DNA of 64,000 nucleotides from positions 8,560,908-8,624,907 of the forward strand of contig CM119263.1 in the NCBI GenBank assembly GCA_051294375.1, given 5' to 3'. The position numbers and the translations under genes were made by a program. Position 1 is the first letter of the stretch. Each line of letters starts with the position of its first letter. The notes beneath the pieces are model-generated. The model was not told the origin of the DNA. It saw only the letters and a program-made list of their open reading frames with translations, and did no database searches. This document shows, piece after piece, positions 38,820-50,259 of the stretch. The stretch is from Paraspadella gotoi (lineage: Eukaryota > Animalia > Chaetognatha).

Positions 38820-39420
38820 TCACCAATTTGATGAGACTCTCTCGGGAATGGACTGAACGAATGAGATGATCTCCAGGAATACTCTGAATCCTCTAAAGAC
38901 TATGAGAATGGCACTTGAATGAATTCGTTGCTTATTTTGGCAACTATTTGACACATTTGCCAATCCATGTATCAACTCCACTCCATGTTGACTAAGGATA
39001 TTGGCTGAGGGAGTGTTTAATTTACAAAGAGCATTGTCAGCATGGATGCGACCGAGTAAACCACTCCACTCTTGTCTTATCTTCATTAGACAATCACTAC
39101 ATCTTTGTCTTGTTTAGTTTTTGTAGGATACGCCCATGCATATCTGGAGAGAGGTCAACAGCACAGAAAAATGTACGGAAATGCCAGCATCATTGTGGAA
39201 GGGTCCTGCAAAGTCAATTGCAATAGAGTTTCCTGGCTCCATGGGCTCTGCATCCCTCCTTCATCTCTGAACCTTTTTGGTGATTGTTCTGAAGCAGATT
39301 GCACGAATTTCTGATGTATGCTAGAAATTCTTCTCTCTCATTCCATGAATGTAGTAACTTTTTTCCCCAAAGTATTTTTAAGGTATCTGGATTCACTCAC
39401 AGCATGAGTTGCTGCAGGAT
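38820..39420 (-). pseudogene. Retroviral-type integrase (HHCC-like region plus rve core), frameshifted
   Basis: Joining frames gives ...YYIHGM...YIRNSCN...EPMEPGNSIAIDFAGPF...YIFCAVDL.SRYAWAYPTKTK...CLMKIRQEWSGLLGRIHADNA...HGVELIHGLANVSNSCQNKQRI. First D in IDFAGP (about 39198-39218), second D in HADNA (about 39031-39044); the position 35 residues later reads Q (QRI) instead of E. Confidence 0.85.
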
Positions 39421-41004
39421 CACGCATCTCCAACAACAACACTGAATCAAAACCTTGACTTTGACCGCAAGGCCAAATTTTTGTTTCATCTGATCTTTAC
39501 TCAAAAGACGATTGAAAATTCCCATTCTCAGACACAAACAAGCGAGAAACTTTGATATCCTCCATTCAGGGGCTGTCCACAAGCGCAGCTAGCCACTCCC
39601 TGCATTGCTGATGATGAAGAGTCTGCAGTGACGAAGGAATGCAAAGTTCCCCATAGATAAAAGCAAAGCTTCATGTTTTATCTGGCTAACTTCCTCTTTT
39701 CTTCAAATAAAATCAATTTTATTTTTTCACTCCACATTAGGCGCTGTTGCATTTCCAAAGATTTTCTGGAGAACTTTGTCCTGCAAAAACTGGAACTTCC
39801 TTGGCTTTTAATTGCTTCATCCACAACTTCGTCAACTTCCTTCAGTGTGGCCTTGCAAGCTACATACCTTTATCTGAGAGTTCAACAAATTGGAGGCACT
39901 GGTTCCGAAAGGGGCAAGAAGACCCTTTCCACTTTCTTGCATTTTTCATGCCCTTTCTGCGACGCCCTTGTCACTCTACTGTGAGTAAGCACTAATTGCA
40001 AGAGATAGGAACTAGCTTCCTTTTGTCTTAATTCCTTCTCTATAGACTGTCGGATCCAGTTCATTCTGTATGAACACTCTACTTTCAGTCACCGACTGCG
40101 ACGATGAGGGTGTCCGGACCAATCAGTGGAATCATTTGCCGGAAAATGCGGAGTCTTCCACTCAGTGACATCCATATCCGCGAAGTCGGTACCCGGCTGG
40201 AACATTTCAATGTGGGAGACATTAAGCTTAGACATAAAGTAGTCCTCTTCTGCTTTCAAAAAATTCGGACCACAATTTCATTTTCTCGAAATACTTTCAT
40301 TCAGAAAGTGATTCAAGCGCGAACTTTCTACTCTTGATTTGGAGAAAAGGCAGCGTTCTTTGAATGGTGTAGCGCGCTGCAGAAGTTTGATGCTTTTTTG
40401 CAAAAAAATTGACGAAAAAATCAGTTGAAAAATTTTGGCATGACGGATGACGAAAAATGATGCATTAGAAAACAACTTTATTCGCGAGATCTTGCACCCA
40501 TTCCAAAAAATTTATTGCCATTTTTTTGTAGTATCCAATGATGCCATCTGACGGCTGCAGCCGACATTTCATACTGACGCAGACTTCGACCGCGCCCATC
40601 ATGCATCCCTTCTTCCCTTTGTCATCTTTCATAGGCAGCTTCAAATTCGGTTTACTCTTGGGCTGCTTTGGGACAGGCAAAACAAACATTGGTTTTACCT
40701 GCCATTTGATCCAACATCTTCATGCACTTTTAGGCAAGTAATAACATCGCATGTGAGAGGAGGGAGCTTCATGTCCGCCACGGTTGCCTTGGCCAACGCC
40801 CACTACTGGCCGCCCCCAAAGCTGCTTGCCGCCCATAACCCGGATGTGCCCCAACTTTCGATAGTGGAGACGTCCATCTGCTCCAACGATTGCAAATCGA
40901 ACAGCAATCGGACGGTCGCGCATTTTCGCGCGCGATTGCGTATTCAAGGCTATCGGCGTGCCTTCCACATCGGCTAAGTCTCTTCCACCCGGATTATAAA
41001 GCAT
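39421..41004 (-). pseudogene. Degenerate pol: aspartic protease-like and RT connection-like remnants
   Basis: RPIAVRFAI-V-GAD/VSTI (about 40860-40915) and LPPLTCDVIT resemble retropepsin D(S/T)GA and DVILG motifs; GIIGYYKKMAINF (about 40505-40550) resembles gypsy G..GYYRKFI.NF. No YxDD found; RNase H not confidently readable. Confidence 0.55.
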
Positions 41005-41449
41005 CTTCCAGACTTATCAGCAACATTAATTTATCTTTCAGTTTACAAATAAAGTCGCCCAAATAAAATTGGTTTTCGTTCCCGCCCAAAGCTTTTCATT
41101 ACATTTAGGAAAAACGTAAAATAAAATTGGCATAACCGTTTCGTCTTTCATTTTTTTTCCGTTTGATATTTACTAAGGACAACTATTTGAAAATTAGGGA
41201 AACAGTGACCTACTCCAGTGACAAAAAGATATTCACGTGCACAGAGATTATACGGGTGCTAGAGCAAGATAAAAGTTGCTTGCATTAAAATAGCGACTTT
41301 AACGGTTATCATCAGGAATGGGCAACAACCCCAAATTTAGGGGCAAAAACTTTTTCTTTTTCGCCGGCGGCCAAAAAGGACTTCCCCCCCCCAAACTTGG
41401 GAAAAACACACGCCGATCTTCTTGCTAGGATTGATGCGACTCCTTCTGC

Positions 41450-42415
41450 AAGGAACTCAAACGCGTCGTCCGTTTTGTTTCAGCTTCCGTCTTGACCCTG
41501 CTTCATCGCATTTTCCGGACCGCAGCTCCGCTCCGGCAAGTTGATCGATGACCTTTCGGCGCGCGCTGGCCGCCGCTGCACGATGCAGGAACGCACGGAA
41601 CGCGAGCGGAACGCGGTAAGAAGTAGAGCGCGGCAAGGGCGAAACAATAGACGGGAAAGTGGAAAGAAACGGCAAAAAGTGGAGACGTAAAAAACGAGAT
41701 GATAGCAGAAGGCCTGGGTAAGGAAAAACGGAACTGAAATACTGGGGCGGACGGGCAGTATGCCCGCATGCGCATAAGAGCACGTATCTCCCGATGCAAC
41801 AGATGTCCGACGAAAGATCGTGCTGGTTGGTCGGTCGCGCCGGTGATGACGCATGCCTATCCCACTTGAAGAGACGACCGCGCCGTTGACGTCACCGGAA
41901 TGGGCGCATCGTGGACGATCCTGCTGAGGAAAAAACATTCAGGACATATCAATATCATGATTCTCACAGAAATATCACTCATCGTCTTGTCCCATTACAC
42001 ACCCATTTACCCAGTCATGGGTAGTTATTACACACTAACTTTATCTCTGCCGACTTCAGATTTCAACTTTAACCAATTCCTCTCTCAAAGAAGCGTTCAC
42101 CACCATCTCTCTCTTCCATCAACTTTATCCAGTTCTTTCTCTCTCTCTCTCTTTAGTCATTCCTCCACCAAACACTACTCTCTCATAGCTGTTCTACCGC
42201 CTTTTTCAGATTTGCGGTGTACCTCCTCCTCTGCTAAGGGATCGCATGCTCGATCCTCTTCGCAAGCGCGCCATCCGTTCCTCGTTCCACATCTCGATCT
42301 AGGACACGACTGCTCCTCAATATCGCCGCTGTCTGAATTGTTGATATGGTTTCCCATATCGCCAATCTCGGCGGTTCCAGGACCCGACGGCTCCCCTTAT
42401 GATAATGCCATGCAC
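41450..42415 (-). pseudogene. GC-richer ORF1-position coding-like segment of the LTR element (unidentified)
   Basis: Follows an acceptor-like TTTTAATTTTAG|GTGCATGG (ATG at 42411-42409); broken frames give charged and coiled-coil-like peptides (LKKAVEQL, LREELVKLKSE) and a Cys cluster (ICPEC). No gag CCHC knuckle seen. Confidence 0.35.
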
Positions 42416-42789
42416 CTAAAATTAAAATTCTCTAAGAAAAGGTAAGGCGTAAGCATCATGCGATAGACCTTTGGAAGAAATATGACAAAAGGTAACGAAT
42501 TTTTCGATCTTAATTAATTATCAATTTGTTAATTAAAAAACTTATGGCCCAATTATTTTTTACAACTCCTCTGCTCATAAAAAATACAACCAAGAACAAT
42601 CTCACTTCAAATTCGATGTCTTTTGTTGACCACCGCCAAAGCGCCACGAAAAAAAATTGCGGACAAAAGATTGACGCGAAGCGTAAATTTTTGGATTTTT
42701 TCTCTTTTTAAATTTGCCGACAAATTTCAGGTAGCGACGAGACGAGTATTTCCCTCGGAGGCTTAAAAAAAACTTTATTTTCGTAAACC

Positions 42790-42806
42790 AGCCGCTGAAC
42801 CACGCA
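42790..42806 (-). promoter_or_regulatory. Candidate primer-binding site (tRNA-Ser-like)
   Basis: Minus strand directly after the LTR reads (T)TGCGTGGTTCAGCGG, an imperfect match to TGGCGTAGTCGGCAGG, the complement of a eukaryotic tRNA-Ser 3' end. Confidence 0.4.
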
Positions 42807-43067
42807 AGTGGAGAGACGAGAATTTTTAGTGGAAAAGAATTCGATATCACAATAAAAATGAACGCAGCAGTTTATTTCCAGTATAACATCGAAGGGACAA
42901 TGCCGATAATAATAATGAGCGCGAGAATAAAATAACAATTGACTTTTATATGAATACTTTGTTTATCAAAAGTAGCCGAATGTAAACAGAGAATGGAATT
43001 TTACGCGAAGAGAAATATTATTTACATTTTCTGTAATTTTACAAATTCTTTTCTCCCAATTTTCACT
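42807..43067 (-). repeat. 5' LTR (261 bp with noise insertions)
   Basis: Homologous to 37129-37366; AGT...ACT termini; PBS-like sequence immediately inside. Confidence 0.88.
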
Positions 43068-46000
43068 GGTGGATGGATTGAGTTGAAATTTCTTGTGTGT
43101 TCATTTAAAAAATCTCGGATTTAACAACTGACTTGTTTTGTTTTATCTTTTTTCTTTTTGTAAGAATTCAATTGTTTTCACTGTCGTAGCTGGTACATTC
43201 CACTACCCCTAGCGAATTCTCATTTACTTTCTTAACTCCCCCCCCAGGACTTTCTTTCGTTCATGAACGGAATTTGATGTCAAATCCTTTTTTTTTTCTT
43301 TTACTCCTCTTCCTAATATAAGATAATTTGACTGTTATTTACGTTTTATTTTTTATTAGTCAGCGCCCTCACACGAACTATATGAAATCCGTTGCAGACA
43401 GAACTCAAAATGGAACAAAAAAAAGATGAGCCATGTGCGAATTCCAAGTCAGGTGATAGCTATACCACAATTTTATAAACAACCACGAAAATAATGTGCG
43501 ATTGTGGCTGCAGTATCCCGAAAGAGGTTCTGCAGTTTTCAGGCAGTCAGAAGGGATATTCTCGAGGCTCAAGAGATTTACTTTTTAACACCATGTCCAA
43601 GTGTACTCAAATACTGTATACATATGATTTTATACCAATTTCGTCGACAACGAATACGACGACAACAGCGTAACCAACGACCTCTGGCTTTATTTCTCTC
43701 TCTCTCTCTCTTCTCTCTCTCCTCTCTGCTTTTCTCTGTCTTCGATCTTCTCCGTCTCCTCTCACTTTATTACTCCATTCCCTACTCTAATACTCCGGTC
43801 TCAATCTTTCAGGCCGCGAACTATTTGATTGTTCCGACCCTTTTCTATTGTCTTTCCTCTTGCTCTCCTATTTTCTCTTTTTTTCTTTTCTTTTATTCGC
43901 CTTCTTTTCTTTTTCTCTATTACATTAAATAATATGATAAAATAAGAATATATAAATTATATAATTATAGAAGCACTGTAATTGTTTCAATACTTTTATT
44001 TATTTCTACTTGTTTTTTAATTATTTTATTTTATCATATTTTATTACATTTTTCAATTTTTACCAATATGTTTTTGAAAAATCCCTTTTTTTGGTTCATT
44101 CATTTATGAAATTAGCTAACACCAATATAAAAATTATCCATCATTTTAATAAACAGCTATCCTTGCCCCGACTTTGGACAGGCTTTGATGCGTTTAAGCC
44201 TCCATCACTCCTTACAGATAATGACTACAAGCAGGTCAATACTTGTCCACTTTCTTTCTTCTCAATTTTTACCCCTTTGTCATGCATTTAATGAACGAGA
44301 TGAGTACATAACACAAAAGTTGGAACTAGAGAAAATTTAAAAGAGGAAAAGAAAATGACGCAGTTATACAAACAACACAAACAAACATCTAGACAGACTA
44401 CAACAACTACGACAACGACGAATCTTACATCGACGAATTTCATTCCTTTGAAGGGCAGCACTTATGTGGCGAGGGAGGAAAATAGGAAGGAGGACAGAGA
44501 GAGAGAGAGAGAGAGAGAGACGGCAGAGAGAGAGAGAAGAACGAGAGGAAGAGAGAAGACGACGAAGAAGAGAGATGAGAAGCAGAGCAGAGAGAGCCCT
44601 CGTGGCCACCGTTTTTCATGCAAATGGAACAGAGAAAGAGATGAGGATTTTTATTATTAAAAAGTTATTTTTTTCTTCCCTCAAGAAACTGACATCGTCG
44701 TTGACGCCGCTTTTCCTCGTCGTCGTTGTTCGTTCGTTCGTTCGTCGTCAGTTACCGCTCTGCAGGGAAGAGGAGGTTCAAGGGTCTATGTGAAAGGGGA
44801 AATTGCAGGAGAATACAAGCCAGCGATACTAAAAAATAGTTCTACATCAAAGGAAAATATTTAAAAACAAAACTTAAAACCTACATGCTTACTATCTCTA
44901 CTTAGATACTTACTCGCATTTAACAAAAGACAAGATGTATTTTAGCTATGCCACTATTGTGGAAGACTAGTTAATAAAGTATCTATTATATCAAAACAAT
45001 GGGTTTCAGATAGCAAACCGGTTATCTCAGCATTTACTGTAATCTGAATACCCGGTACAAAATCTATTTTCAACTTTGCACCCTTGATCCGTCTTCATTT
45101 CACGAGCTGCCGGCAGGCATCATCGGCATTGCCACCTTAAGGCGACAGTTCAGCCATAGTCGTGGTGCATCTCCTACTACTTTCCATCCCTTTCATTTCT
45201 TGTCATTCGCAGTCGTTCGTTCGTCGTCGCTAATCGTCGCCCTTCGTTCGTCCGTCGTTCGTACTTTGCCGCAGTCAAATACGGGCCGTATTTGATCTTT
45301 CTCTCTGTCGAACTGTTGCCCTTGCATTTTTTTCTCTCCCTACGCATTTTTATTTTCTTTTCTTTTCTGCTACATCGGTTACATATCCAATTACTTGTCA
45401 AATTAGTCCTTTTTTTTTTTTTTCCAAATCCCAATTTTCCACTTCTTTTTTTTTTTAAATCTGTTTTTAATCTAATTTCTTATTTCGTTGCCCCTAAAGT
45501 CCTCCGCAAAACAAAATTCGTCCCCTATCACGTATTATAGAAGATTCCCATTAGCTTCCAATAAACCACCATATGCGTCACACGAATGCGCGCCTAATAT
45601 CTTCCTCTACCCTGTCCGCCTTACCACGTGCCCAAGATCGATCCATGGCGGTTTGGCGACGTCACGGCATATCGCACGATTCCCTCGACCGCAGCACTCC
45701 GAATCATCCTTTTACTCGCTTGATACTTCTCTGATCTTATTCTATACCGAGACTACCATTCGATTCGCACACGAAGGAAAAATTATTTAAAACGGTACAA
45801 CCAATATAAAATTCTTCTTTCTCTTTCACAATGAACCAAGCCTATCTTTTTCTCCTGTCGACTTGGACACTGGCTATGTCAATCATATTACCAAGATATA
45901 ACCAAGCCTAGACTCTCACACAATCGAGTTTATAAACTCTCAGGCATTTCCCTAGCAAATGGCATGATGGCAAGATTGGCAAGATGAGCCCTTTCCAAAG

Positions 46001-46837
46001 TTAATGGCATTTTTCTGATGAGAAGAAACGTTGATTGTGCCTACAAAGAGTGATGCTCATTCTTGCACATGGAGGAAAGCGGCCTTGGTCTTCGCGGGGC
46101 TTAAGAAGAGCCTTTTGTATTTCATTTCAAAGGACGACGCCGCAGCGGCGGTTATGGGAAGGTGAACCTTGATTAGTCTTCTCTTCTGCATTTGTCGGTT
46201 ATCGTCTTTGAATGCACGGTTGAATCCTATTGAACCTTAAATCCTCCCTTATCACTCAGGCAGAATCAATGGACATAATTCTGCAGCTCAATGTCGGTTA
46301 CAAGTATTTAACACAACTGAGCCTCTATCGAGTGTTAGGCGAATCGAGTCGAATTTCACTTTCAGCAACTCTTGAGATTTTTTTTATAGTCATGTAGCAA
46401 TGGAATGACGATTAACAATTAAACTGCTTGTTCTGTGAAAAAACAACTTGAATTCATTCCCCTCTCTCTCTCTTTACTCTCTCTCTACTCTCTACTCTCT
46501 CTCTCTCTTCTCTCTTGGCATCTCTCTCTCTCTTCTCTCTCTCTTCTCTCTCTCTCTCCGTAGTCATTTCGCCACGTCAAAATGGTCCTGTCACCTCAAC
46601 CTTTGTTTTCTTCGTTATACGGACCTTTGCCTGGTTCCCCCTTTTTTCATTGTCTCATCCTCCTCTTTCCTCCTGCTCCTTAGTTCTTCAATCATCTTTC
46701 TGACCATGCACACTTTACAGGTATTCGATCCATCAGCCATACAGATATTAGCGCTTCTTCAGAAACAGGCCGGTTGCTTTCTCTTGCAAGTCTCCTTCTT
46801 TCTTTCCTTTCTCTCCTTCTCTCTCTCTCTCTTCCTA

Positions 46838-46879
<42 letters not shown>

Positions 46880-47206
46880 CCTCTCTCCTCTCTCTCTACT
46901 CTCTCGCGTTTTAGAGAGTAAACGATCTCGTGCACAATTTGTTTTTGTTTTTCTGGAAAGATTTTTTTTTAAACAAAAAATGTTTCGCAATTGAAAAAAA
47001 TTAAAAAATCGTACAACGCGGTCGCCGCACGCAAGACGTAAAGCCGAGGATTGGTCACATCTCTCTCTATCTCTCTCTTCTCTCTCATCTCTATCTCTAA
47101 AATTTTTCTCTTTCTCTTATTTTCTCTTTTTTAACAACCAATAATTATACTCAAGGAAAATTCATCTAATAATTATATTAGAAAGTAGTGATCTCTCTCT
47201 TCAATT
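43068..47206 (-). repeat. Inverted noisy copy of about 15690-19951
   Basis: Reverse complement of the host sequence left of the LTR insertion site; about 44480-47206 is identical to 57620-60344 (offset 13138). Confidence 0.9.
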
Positions 47207-47231
47207 NNNNNNNNNNNNNNNNNNNNNNNNN

Positions 47232-48679
47232 ACCCAAAAGTAGTAAATGGAGTTTAAAGTTGGACGGATCGACGACAGACGGACGGATAGGCATTACATA
47301 AAAGTTGAATAAGCCAGAGAATTAAAAATTCCAAAAACTAATTAATTAATTATAGGAACCAAGCGTACGGTAGTCATCGGAGAAATAAAAGTTATTGTAA
47401 CTCAGAGATCTTCTGGTAACAAGGTGGGTAAATTGCAAAATATAGTTGATATTGGTAGAAGGTTAGAAAGTTCTAAAACGATGGACAAATGATAAAAAGG
47501 TTGAATGAGAGAGAAACCCAAAACCGTCGTAAATCCCGGTCCTACTTACCTCGACCGCAGCAGGGGGAAAAGGTGAGGGATGACAGAAAGAGTGAGGAAA
47601 GGTGGGGACGCAAGAAAAAAAATGGAGCGAGGAAAAAGGGAAATAGGGCAAGAAAATATGAAAAAAAACTATGGAGATTAAAACGAGTTAAAAGTATGAA
47701 AAACTGATGAAAGCCAAAAAAGAATTTCCGAAAAAGGAGCATGATTACAAATAAGGAATAAATTAGGGCTAAGAATAATAAGCCGAAGGTAAGAAGAATA
47801 GTTGGACATAGTTACAAGACAAGAGAAAAGAAAAGAACGACGGAGAAAAAGGAGAAAAGATAAAAAGTTTAAGAGAAAGGAAAATATGGCGTTCGAGTAT
47901 GAGAGGCAGAAGATGACTAGGGAAAGAAAAGAAGAAAGGGGAGAGGAAAAAAGGGGAGGAGGCGAAAAAGAAAGAGATGGAAGGAAAAAGAAAAAATAAA
48001 AAGAAAGAAAGAAAAAAGTAAAGAAATAAGGGGAGAGGAAAAATGGGGAGGAGGCGAAAAAGAAAGGAAGATAGAAAGGAAAAGAAAAAAGAAAAAAGAA
48101 AAAGAGAAAAATAAAGAAAGAAGGGGAAAGAAAGAAGGGAGGAGGCGAAAAAGAAGGAAGATAGGAAAGGAAAAAAAAAAATAAAAGAAAGAAGAAAAAA
48201 AGTAAAGAAATAAGGGAGAGGAAAAATGGAGGAGGCGAAAAAGAAAGGAAGATAGGAAAGGAAAAAGAAGAAAAAGAAAAAGAAGAAAGAATTAAAAAGA
48301 AAAGAAGAAAGGGGAGAGGAAAAAAGGGGAGGAGGCGAAAAAGAAAGGATGGAAAAGGAAAAAGGACTCGAAGAAAGAGGTCACGATTTTGCCGACGGCA
48401 ACGATGAAGAATCAAAGGTACACAGGGTAAAGCGATACGAGTTCCTTTTTTTATTGTTACGCTTGCTTTCACTATTGAGTTCGACAAGGTTGTAGATTTT
48501 TGTAGCTAAAATTCAGAATTCCATCGTATAAGTTAATAATTATTTTAAAGTTTTCCGATATGTAGCTTATATTTTTGCTCTCAAATTTTCTGCCATCAAA
48601 TAATTTGGATAAGAACATCCGGTAGTAGTTGATACAATTTCTAAGAAGAAGAACGGAAATCGTTTCTGAATCAAAGCTC

Positions 48680-48715
<36 letters not shown>

Positions 48716-48722
48716 CGAGGGA

Positions 48723-48771
<49 letters not shown>

Positions 48772-48844
48772 AAGAGAGAGACAGAGAAGAGAGAAGAACA
48801 AGGAGAGGAGAGAGAAGAGAGAGAAGAAGAGAGGACAGAGAAGA

Positions 48845-48887
<43 letters not shown>

Positions 48888-50259
48888 GAGCTTTGATCAG
48901 AAACGATTCCGTTCTTCTTCTTAGAAATTTATCAACTACTACCGGATGCTCTATCCAAATTATTTGATGGCAGAAAATTTTAGAGCAAAAAATATAACTA
49001 CATAATCGGAAACTTTAAATAATTATTAACTTATACGATGGAATTCTGAATGTTTAGCTACAAAATCTACAACTTGTCGAACTCATAGTTGAAAGCAAGC
49101 GTAACAATAAAAAAAGGAACTCGTATCGCTTTACCTGTGTACTTTGATTCTTCATCGTTGCCGTCGGCAAAATCGTGACCTCTTTTCTTCGAGTCCTTTT
49201 TCCTTTTCCATCCTTTCTTTTTCGCCTCCTCCTTTTTTCTCTCCCACTTTCTTCTTTTCTGTTATTCCTTCTTTTTCTTTTTTATTTCTTCTCTCCTTTT
49301 TCCTTTTTTTTACTTTTTTTCTTCTTTCTTTTCTTCCTTCCTATCTTCCTTCTTTTCGCCTCCTCCCCTTCTTTCTTTCCCCCTTCTTCTCTTTATTTTT
49401 CTCTTTTTCTTTTTTCTTTTTCTTTTCCTTTCTATCTTCTTTTCTTTTTCGCCTCCTCCCCATTTCTCTCCCCTTATTTCTTTACTTTTTTCTTTCTTCT
49501 TTCTTTTATTTTTTCCTTTTCCATCCTCCTCTTTTTCGCCTCCCCCTCCCCTTTTTTCCTTCCCCTTTCTTCTTTTCTTTCCCTAGTCATCTTCTGCCTC
49601 TCATACTCGAACGCCATATTTTCACTTGTCTCTTAAATTTATCTTTTCTCCTTTTTCTCCGTGTTCTTTTCTTTTCTCTGTCTTGTAACTATGGTCCAAT
49701 ATTTTCTTACCTTCGGCTTATTATTTCTTAGCCCTAATTTATTCTTATTTGTAATCAGTTCCTTTTTTCGGATAATTCTTTTTTGGCTTTCATCACGTTT
49801 TCATACGTTTAACTCGTTTTAATCTCCATATTTTTTTTCATAATTTCTTGGCCCTATTTCCCTTTTTCCCGCTCCATTTTTTTTTGCGTCCCACTTTCCT
49901 CACCTTTCTGTCATCCCTCACCTTTTTCCCCCTGTCGGGTCGAGGGTAAGTGAGGACCGGGATTTACGACGGTTTTGGGTTCTCTCTCATTCAACCTTTT
50001 ATCATTTTCCATCGTTTAGAATTTCTAACCTTCTACAATATCAACTTAATTTTGCCAATTACCACTTGTTACCAGATAGATCTCTGAGTTACAATAACTT
50101 TTATTTCTCCGATGAACTACCGTACGCTTGGTTCCTATAATTTAATTAATTAGTTTTTGAATTTTTAATTCTCTGGCTTATTCAACTTTTATGTAATGCC
50201 TATCCGTCCGTCTAGTCGTCGATCCGTCCAACTTTAAACTCCATTTACTACTTTTGGTG
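47232..50259. repeat. Fold-back inverted repeat, ~1.45-kb arms around a (CT)n/(GA)n centre
   Basis: 47232-48700 (copy of about 19949-21450) is the reverse complement of about 48870-50259; the turn is at ...ctctccgagggagatgagag... near 48718. Confidence 0.92.

Larger units (their letters stand above)
37129..43067 (-). mobile_element. Ty3/gypsy-type LTR retroelement, internally deleted, copy 1
   Basis: Direct terminal repeats 37129-37366 and 42807-43067 with AGTG...CACT ends; PR-, RT-connection- and IN-like remnants on the minus strand; right flank GGTG. Left junction joins plus-strand host DNA and looks chimeric. Confidence 0.88.

Noticed and set aside
40080-40200. LIVAVGD (UvrD motif III-like) and DMDVTEW (viral RdRp motif A-like) peptides
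   Set aside because: Isolated short matches with no Walker A or GDD; the context is a gypsy pol between RT-connection and integrase remnants.
37129-43067. Circular or episomal DNA, or tandem unit, suggested by terminal redundancy
   Set aside because: The repeats have inverted AGTG/CACT ends, TATA and AATAAA, a PBS-like site, a 4-bp TSD and an empty site, all favouring LTRs.
46010-46035. Hammerhead-like CTGATGA...GAAA (also 8810-8832, 20422-20450, 26188-26196 minus)
   Set aside because: No stem II or flanking helices, and the motif at 46010 is not preserved in the homologous copy near 16730.
48680-48890. SMRTbell adapter at the fold-back centre
   Set aside because: The adapter loop sequence is not visible; only genomic-type (CT)n/(GA)n is present.
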